64,000 nucleotides of DNA, taken from NCBI GenBank assembly GCA_951406725.2, contig OX597836.1, positions 1-64,000 of the forward strand, written 5' to 3'. Positions 55,286 through 64,000 of this stretch are shown in pieces. The notes beneath the pieces are model-generated. The model was not told the DNA's origin. It saw only the letters and a program-made list of their open reading frames with translations, and did no database searches. The DNA is from Octopus vulgaris. Taxonomy: Eukaryota. Both the position numbers and the translations under genes were made by a program. Numbering within the stretch: position 1 is the first letter of the stretch; each line of letters opens with the position of its first letter.

Positions 55286-55499
55286 CTATAATTTACATAT
55301 GGGATCAGAACCTGACCGTAAATTACAAGCAGGACCACAAGATTCAGCTACAACATTGGCTGAAGATGGAGTGAAATGTGGAGAATAGGGTAGTTGATCA
55401 ACCACTTCAAAGTCAAATCATGCACAGCAGCCATTGAAAGCAAGGACTACTGGGCTGGAGCCTTGTCCCAATGAAACAAGACCCCTTCTGTCAATGTTC

Positions 55500-56403
55500 C
55501 TGGGTGTTTGGTTTCGACAGCTTTTCATAACTGCCTCAGCAAGTTGGCATTGTATTCTCCATTGATGGTTTGACTCTTTTGAAGATAGTCAAACACAATG
55601 CATTTTACATCCCAAAAAACTGAGGCCATCAGCTTCCTTGCAGATGAAATGATCTTGGCCTTCTTTAGGGAAGGTGACGAGAGGTGTTTCCACTGCATGA
55701 ATTGTCTCATTATCTCTGGCTCAAAGTGATGAACCCAATACTCATACTAGCTTAGGAAATGTTCAAGGAGACCAGCTGGATCTGTCTCAAAGTATGTTAG
55801 ATTTTCTTGTGGTCTGATCAACCTGGGGCACTTTTGAGTAGGTGTTAGAAGATGTGGCACCCACCAAGCAGAAACCTTTGTTATGCCAAGTTCATTGTAC
55901 AGAATATTTTCAGCTCTTTCATGGAATATGTTAATAGCATTAGCTATTTGATTTATAGTCAATCATCTGTCATCTATCAGCATATAGTGAACACAGTCAA
56001 TGTTTTCCTTGGTGGTGGCAGTTGCAGGACATCCAAATGTTGATTCACCTTCAAGACTCACTTGCCCTTCCTCACCTAAATTCAGTTGCCCACTTTTGCA
56101 TTGTTGATAAAGCTAGAGTCTCATCATCTAATGTAGCAAGCATGCCAGTATAAATGTAGTTGAGGGCTAAACGCAATTTTTTTTCTGCAGGTACTTGATA
56201 CCTTGATGCAAAATTTTATCTATTTTCAACAAAAGTTGCGACTAGTTATTTGTGAAGTCTTCTTTAAACAGTCAAATGTCAATTTTCCTGAAAAGAAACA
56301 ATGCAGCAATTGATAAGAAGGATTGAAATTAATGTATGCAAGATTTCACAGCTCTAGCATCACTCCTTCATGGTTAGTCTATGATCTTTTCAGCCCATCC
56401 TTA
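55500..56403 (-). mobile_element. Mariner transposon relic
   Basis: KVSAWWVPHLLT, SARKLMASVFWD, TINGEYNANLL; TIR-like taaggatgggctgaaaag.. at about 56403. Confidence 0.85.
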
Positions 56404-56555
56404 ATTAATAATTTTGCTTCTTGTAGCAGATAAACTTTATGCATGGTAGGTATTTAAAGCATCGTTGAGTGACTGAGCCAAAAGTTTGAAATGTGATCAT
56501 AATGTATTTGCGGAAATAGAGTAGGAAATCTACAAAAACCATTATCAGTCTAATA

Positions 56556-57775
56556 TGACTCATCATCATCATCATCATTTAATGTCTGCTTTCCATACTG
56601 GTATGGGTTGGACATTTTTACTGAAAATTGTTAAGCCGGGGAGCTGCACCAGGTCCCAATCTAATTTGGCAAGGTGTCTATGGCTGGATGTTCTTCCTAA
56701 CACCAACCACTCCAAGACTGTAGTGGGTGCTTTTATGTGCCACTGGCATGAGTGCCATTGATGTGACGCTGCCATTGGCCACGACTACAATCTCACTTGG
56801 CTTGACAGGTCTACACAAGCATGGTATATTGCCACTCATCTATCCCTAGTTTCCACATTGATCATCAGATAAGGGATCGGGGGACCCTGTCAAAGGCTTT
56901 CTCCATGTCAACAAAAGCCAAGGACCGAGGTTTATCTTTGGCTATGTATTTCTCCTGCAGCTGTCTTACCAGAAAAATAGCATCAGTGGTGCTTCTCCCT
57001 GGCACAAAACCAAACTGCATCTCATCTAGACTGACTCTTGACCCTCTCTGTGACTTTCATCACCTGATTCAACAATTTGATACCTTTGTTAATTATTTCT
57101 AAGGCATCCTAATCTCTGTGTCTCCCAGGACTACACCTTCTACACCCTCATAGTTGGCCCATCAGGAAGCATTGCTGAGATGTTTAAAATATCTGGTGGT
57201 GTATGTAAGGCCAAGTCGTCTGTATAGTTAATCAGGTGGTACACAAAGGAATCATAACCAATGACTGGTTTAGCAGCACCATAGTCAACTGCTACGAAGG
57301 TAAAGGAGACAGCTTAGATAGAAATAATTACAGAAGTATCAAGTTGTTCGATCAGGTGATGAAAGTCACAGAGAGTGTCTGGACTAATTCAAGTTCAAAT
57401 ACTAAGTAAAAATAAGATATTTTTTAAAACCATATGCGAAATTCTTTTAATTTAAAATTTCTTCCATACCCGTGGCACGTAAAAGGGTACCATTTGAGCA
57501 TGATCATTATCAACGTCGCTTCACTGGCACCTGTACCAGTGGTACGTGTAAAAAGATTCGAGCGAGGTCGTTGCCAGTGCCACCTGACTGGCTCCCGTGC
57601 CGGTGGCACGTAAAAAGCACCCACTACACTCTCGGAGTGGTTGGTGTTAGGAAGGGCCTCCAGCTGTAGAAACTCTGCCAGATCAAGATTGGAGCCTGGT
57701 GCAGTAGTCTGGCTCGCCAGCCCTCAGTCAAAATCATGGAAAGCGGACGTTAAACGATGATGATGATGATGATGA
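56556..57775. mobile_element. Cluster of RTE LINE fragments in both orientations
   Basis: Minus strand FGFVPGRSTTDAIF..LQEKYIAK..VDMEKAFDRVP at about 56880-57030; plus-strand 3' UTR with (GAT)n tail at 57470-57775. Confidence 0.75.
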
Positions 57776-57962
57776 ATGTGTTCTCTTAATTACATTATAT
57801 AATAGATAAGTAGATAAACAGATTATATGTGAAACAATAAACAGAAGCTTCATAAAAAGCAGAAACACGTAACTATTAAAACTGTAACTTGAGAAGTTTC
57901 AGCTATACACACACACACACACACACACACATCATAATACCAGAAAAATTTGAAAAGAGTAC

Positions 57963-58208
57963 CTCATCGACCATCATTGTGGACATACTTCTTCCAATTT
58001 CTTGCACTTCATGCTTATGTCCAACTGGAGACAGCAAGATAAAAAGAAATTTGGTTGGTAGTGTAACCTCTGTCAATTCTCCAATAATCCGGGATTTATG
58101 GAGCCTGACAAAAGCTAAATATTGCTTAGAAAGGGATTCTAGTTCTCCAACCATCATATTGGCAACTTCAGCATCTTTAGGAATCTTTCGCATAAAATGT
58201 AGGTTTCC
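57963..58208 (-). CDS. SLC4: SLC4 exon (GNLHFMRKIPKDAEVANMMVGE...AFVRL...LTEVTLPTKFLFILL...EIGRSMSTMMVDE)
   Basis: Band-3-type cytoplasmic-domain motifs; tag acceptor, gtactc donor; 246 bp. Confidence 0.96.
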
Positions 58209-60063
58209 CTAAAATTTGAAGATGAAAACAGTATGAACATCATTACAATCTGTTTCTAAAAACAGTGCTGGGAGTTTAATTGAACATCAAAATGTATTGG
58301 CCAATGTATGTGGGGAAAAGATGACCATGCTATTAAGGATGAATTTATATGAATGAATGCAAGGAGAGACTCATTATGAAAACAACAGGAAAAATTTAGC
58401 ATAGGTCAAAGGACATTAATTAAACTCCAGATATTTAATTACAAACTAACAATATTGACAAAAAGGTGTACTTATTATCTATCTAACCCATGCTGACATT
58501 AGGTAAAAACACAAAAGCCAAAAGTAGCACTGATATTTAACAAGCTTTCTTCTGTTTGGAGACAATAAGGGTTTATAAATTTATAGGTTTTGCATTTCAA
58601 ACAATTAAGATGTTTTATTGGCAATAATTAATGAGTCATTTAATTTATATGCTCATTTTTTGAATATGTACATTATCCCTTTCTTTGAATTTTGAAAACT
58701 ATAAAGATTTAATAAAATAACTATTTACTAAATTTACTAATACATAATGCCTAAAATTTTTATACAAAATATCAGGAGCAATATAGTAGGATGGCATTAA
58801 ACTTGAGTGTGAAAAGAGAAAAGATAAAATATATTATTGATTTTTTTAATATAAAAAGTGTTGGTGTGTGGGAGAACATTATATTCAAGAATGTATAGTA
58901 CTCAAGTAAACACAGTATGCTTGTTATTATTAAGTTGGTGTTTGAAACAATAAAGAAAGTTTCTCACATAAAATTACGATGGAATGTTTTCATTTAGAGA
59001 TGAGTATTTTAAAATGAGAGGTTTTACATAATAGAATCAGAGGTAGTTCCAAGCAGATTGGAATCAAAAGGATTATATATTAGTTATATTATTATTAATT
59101 TTCCATAATTAAAGATATAGGTCTTATCTTTTGTTGTTTTTTTAATAACCTAAGCAATAGAAGGAAAGTAGCAATGTTTAATCTTTTTCAAGTCAACTGA
59201 AGCTGGAAGCGGGCAGGGAAAGAAGCTATCCTTAGATCAGATACCTGGCTTATATGCTTGCAGCAGAATATACTCTGCTTAAGGTACTCAACAGTCAGAT
59301 CATTGTTAAAAACAGGTCAAGGATTAAGTATACCACTTCAGAACAAGAATGGTTTTCTCATGGGCTTCTACACAGATTCCATCTATCAGATTTACCCTCA
59401 AGACATTTTTGTTCATAAAAGTTGAGCCTGAAAACACTTGGGTAAGGTACCAATGTACAGGGGGATGAACCCAAAATGATATACTGACTTATATGCTTGC
59501 GAGTAAAAAAGTGAGTTGTGACACACGTCTTTCCTCCAAAGACTAACAATTTCTCAGATAAAATAAAATCCAAGCAAATGGTGGTTATCTGCATTGGCAA
59601 TTGTATTATTTGAGAAAAGCAATACATACAGCACTCTTCTGCTTAGCTGAGCTCATCCTAACCCTTAATTTCTTTTCTTTATCTGAAGTATTTTACAAAC
59701 AAATCAATGTTGTTGAGAACCAGCTCTAATTATTTTTTGTAGGCTACATTGAAAAGTAAATCATCACCCAATTAATGGTACCCACCTTAGGGCTGTGCAG
59801 TCACTATATTGACAACTGTGTTGATACTAAGAAAACATCAGCTTGATATGTTCATCACTTTCATTAACTCTTTGTAGCCCAGCTTAGAAGTTACCTCTAC
59901 CATATCTGACACCTCAGTTTTTTCTTGAAATCTCCATCACTATCAATAATATCCACCTGTCCATCTTCATCCACTAAAAAACTGTTGACTTCCATTCCTA
60001 TTTTCACTACTTTTCTGCTAAACCCACAAACTCACTAAATCTGCTGATTATGCAGCATTAACT

Positions 60064-60460
60064 TCATCATCATCATCGTTTAACGTCCACTTTCCCTGTT
60101 GGCATGCGTTGGACGGTTTAACTGAGGACTGGTGAGCCAGAGGCTGCACCAGGCTCAATTTGGACTGGCAAAGTTTCTACAGCTGGATGCCCTTCCTAAT
60201 GCCAACCACTCCAAGAGTGTAGTGGGTGCTTTTTACATGCCACTGGTACAAGGGCCAGTCAGGCAATTCTGGCAATGACCACGCTCATGGTCAAAAGGTG
60301 TTTTTATGCGCTACCTGCATGGAATCCAGTCCAGCAGCACTGGCAACAACCATGCTCTGAATGTTGTTGTTAATGTGCCACCAGCGCATGTGCCAGTAAG
60401 GCGATGCTGGCAACAATCATGCTCGAATGGTGCTTTTCACATGTCACCAGCACAGGGGCT
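60064..60460 (-). mobile_element. RTE 3'-end fragment
   Basis: catcatcatcatcgtttaacgtcc terminus shared with other RTE copies. Confidence 0.7.
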
Positions 60461-62879
60461 GAGCACATACTTTCTTCCTCAATCAAGAGTAACTTTGGTC
60501 TATCCCTCCTCTGAAACACAAATTCATCCACAACTTCCAAACCCAACTTTCTAATCCCACAACTGCTCCAATTTGTCCTGCACTATCTCACCTCACCTTT
60601 AAAAAAGGATAGAGTCTTACTTAGAAATTCCATAGCTTCCAACCACACGTAACCAAGCAAATGTTCTTACCAGTAAAGCAGCATCTGCTCCCTATATTAA
60701 TAACATTACAATTATCACGGGGCCTATGTCACAGTACAATGTTACACAAAAGTTCTGTTGTGCATCTTCTAGCCTCATATATTGCATCATCTGCACACTT
60801 GGTAGAGTACTTTTCAATGGTAGAAACAGGCCATCACCTTGCCAATGACTTTCAAGAGCATACTGTGTATGACACATTGTGTATATCAGGCCAACCTGTC
60901 ACCACCCACTTCAACACAACAAGCCATTCCATTACTCACTTACTGGTGTGTAGCATCTCCACACACCATGGATTTTTGTATTCAAGGGAACAAGAAGAAC
61001 AATATTTCATATGGTACCATGACACTGTCAGGTTTAAATAAATGGTTTTCTTTCTGATTTTACACCTCTTTGTTCAGTAATCCTTTTCTTATCGTCCAAC
61101 CACCCTCCCACCTCCATTTTTCCCTCCAATTCACCCTCACCTGCTTCTCTTCCTCTTTTCATTTCTTCTTCCTCCTGTCTCTCCCACCTATTACTTATAT
61201 GAAATTCACATTGTCTTGTGTTTCTCATCACTTGAAGCTTGTTTCTTAAGCATTGAGCTCGTAAAATGTTGCTGTTTTACTTTAATTTCCCTCCTCTCAG
61301 CTGAAGGTGGGTTCAGTCAGAAACATTAGATATTCAACTTCCCATGGAACTTAACAATTTATTCGCAACAATTAATCTTAGGAAAAGCATCCGACTGATG
61401 ATCATATTGAAACATAACTGGAATGCATTGTCAAATATCAAAATCAAAGGGCTATCATTCTTGTATGAGAATGGAAAAATTATTTTAAAATTTTCTCTCA
61501 AAAAACTAAAGAACAGATAAGACACTATGGAGATAAGTTTCATGCAATAAGTTTTAATATTTTGGGGATCTGGGGCAAAAAGGTTGATGTGTAACCATCT
61601 GTCAGTGTTGACAAAGCATTTTTGTAGGATTAGCAGTAATTTGTATGTAGTGAGAATATTCAGCAGTTACCTAAATATCATGCTTTGCTGGAATGTTGCT
61701 TGCCTGATCAATGACTATGGTCAATCCCGATCTGGTCAATCATGACTTTATGTGGAACAGAGCTCCAGTGACTAATATCAACTTTGGCACTTTTTTTGCT
61801 GAGCCTCTTGATCGGTATAAAATGAACACATGTGACCACCAGCAGTCAGAGAGCCTTGGTTTGAAGCAGAGACAACCAGTAGATGACATGGCAAACAGAC
61901 ACAGGCAGCAGCTGAACCTAGCTAATATCATCATTATAAACAATCCGGCAGAAACATGACAACGAGCAGAAAAACTTTTCTAATACCATTTCAATTATAA
62001 TAATACCCAAACCCTCTCAGCATTTGTCATTATAATATTTCAATTACACTAACCACAATAACATTCAACTCTCTCAACCAGAAATAAAGTTTGCTTATAA
62101 AAGTCTCAACAGGTTTCATAGTTTTCTTCTATGCACAACTGTTGACCTCTGACGCTAGAAATAACAGCCAGCACCTAACAGCTAATAGCCAGCTCACAAC
62201 ATTAGCAGTCAGAGACACTTCCTCACATTTAGCTATTCAGCTCAACTACAAGTGGTAAACACAGGGCTGTCGTCAAGCCCCTGCAACCCCTGTGGTCGCA
62301 AGGGGCCTCTGAGATTGAAGGGCCCAATGTTAAGATCAAAGTACATAGATGAGCCATCTATTTACTTTGGTTAAGATGTTAACTGAAAATTTCAAGCCAG
62401 ACGAGGAAAAATACCAGGGTGCACCATAAATAAATTTAAAAGAAATGAAAAAAGTAAATAAAAAAGTTTGTTGACGAATTCCCTCGGGAGATAAAAGAGA
62501 AATGAAAGAAATCCAAACCAATGAAAATAAGAACAACTTCAATAGAAAAGACAAGAAAAAGAAGTAATGGTGATGAAAGCTGGGGATGTATACTTATAGA
62601 TACATACAAACGTACACACACAAGCATATGTACACGTTCATTCCTTTATACATACACACATATATACAACTAGCTTTTTACACACACACACACATATATA
62701 TACAACTAGCTTTTCTTCTGTTTCCATCTACCAAATCCATTCACAAGGCTTTGGCCAACTCGGGTCAATAGATAGATAGATAGACGTGTACCAAGCACAC
62801 ACATGCATTTCTAAGTCTCTCTGTCTCACACTCTTTCTCTTTTCATTTTTTTTCTCTCTCTCTCTCTGCTCTAATAGAT

Positions 62880-63655
62880 GTGTAATATCAGTGTGCATAC
62901 ATGACAGAATGTAAATGCCCTGAGAGAGAAAAGTTGGACATAAGAAGCATCAGATGACTGCACTGGTATGGTCATGTGTTGCGCATAGACGAGGACAGCT
63001 GTGTGGAAAAGTGTCACACCCTAGCAGTAGAGGGAAACTGTGGAAGAGGTAGACCCAGGAAGACCTTGGACGAGCTGTTGAAGCATGACCTTTGCAAGTT
63101 GGACCTCATCGAAGCGATGACAAATGACCGAGACCTTTAGAGATATACTGTGCTTGAGAAGACCTAGCAAGCCAAGTGAGACTGTAACCGTAGCCTGTGC
63201 AAGTGCAGCATAACCAGCCCATTTAAGAGTACCCTTCAATCATTGGGCAATAAACTGCGCTTGCAAAGATCTGTTGAGGAAAGTGAAGTCATTGTCATGG
63301 CTGATGACAGTACCGCCTAATTAGCACCTGTGCTGGTGGCACGTAAAAAGCACCATTCACACATGGTTGATGCTAGAGCCTCCTGACTGGTCCCATGCTG
63401 GGGGCACATGAAAAGCACCATTCCAGTGTGGTTGATGCCAGTACCAGCTGTCTGGTCCTGTGCCAGTGGCATGTAAAAAGCACCCACTACACTCTCAAAG
63501 TGGATAGTATTAGGAAGGGCATCCAGCTGTAGAAACATTGCCAGATCAAATTGGAGTCTGGTGCAGCTTTCTGGCTCACAAGCCCTCAGTCAAACCGTCC
63601 AACCCATGCCAGCATGGAAAGTGGATGTTAAACGATGATGATGATGATGATGATA
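62880..63655 (+). mobile_element. 5'-truncated RTE LINE 3' end
   Basis: LHWYGHV..CGRGRPRKT, 3' UTR and (GAT)n tail at 63633-63654. Confidence 0.82.
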
Positions 63656-64000
63656 TTTATTTGGTGCTGTTATTTGATGTTGTTGAAAAGCTGGTCACTT
63701 TGTATCCAGAACAGTGGCCTTTGACCTCCCAAGGCAATAAAAACATAATTCTTTCTGTACCAAAACAATGCTTGTGCACACACACACACAGAAGTTTGCG
63801 TGTGTGTATGTATCTATCTATGTACAGATATTGTTTGCTCACTGTCACCAAGCATCTCAATTCTTTAGTGGCAACTAGTTTGTGATCGATGTATTTTATT
63901 TTGCAAAGTACTAGTTTCTCCTTGAATTTGTGATTTCAGAGAAAGGTAAGAAATTCCTCATATTTTGCATCTTTGGTATTTTGACTTTACAGTTTGAATT

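Noticed and set aside
58210-64000. Further upstream SLC4 exons
   Set aside because: No recognisable SLC4 motif with splice sites found; short divergent exons cannot be excluded.

Overview
Eukaryotic, AT-rich, repeat-dense genomic DNA, most likely an Octopus (coleoid cephalopod), inferred from recalled SINE/LINE families. The window lies inside one large minus-strand gene, an SLC4 Na+-coupled bicarbonate transporter. Ten coding exons (58208 to 15002) splice in frame with GT-AG boundaries; no N- or C-terminal exons were found, so the gene probably extends past both edges. The introns hold CR1-like, RTE and R4/Dong-like LINE fragments, mariner relics, non-autonomous Helitrons, tRNA-derived SINEs, foldback elements and very long (TA)n arrays. 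The most notable object is a Penelope-like retroelement of Naiad type (2022-6378) embedded in (TA)n. It has an uninterrupted 882-aa RT + GIY-YIG ORF with two large Asn-rich inserts and a type I hammerhead ribozyme near its 3' end. At least five more short hammerhead-like motifs occur in small non-coding elements, mostly next to microsatellites, including apparent compensatory core variants (G3:C8, U3:A8). This suggests a local community of ribozyme-carrying non-autonomous retroelements. Most I/Y-rich ORFs in the track are microsatellite artefacts. All calls were made by eye, without database searches.
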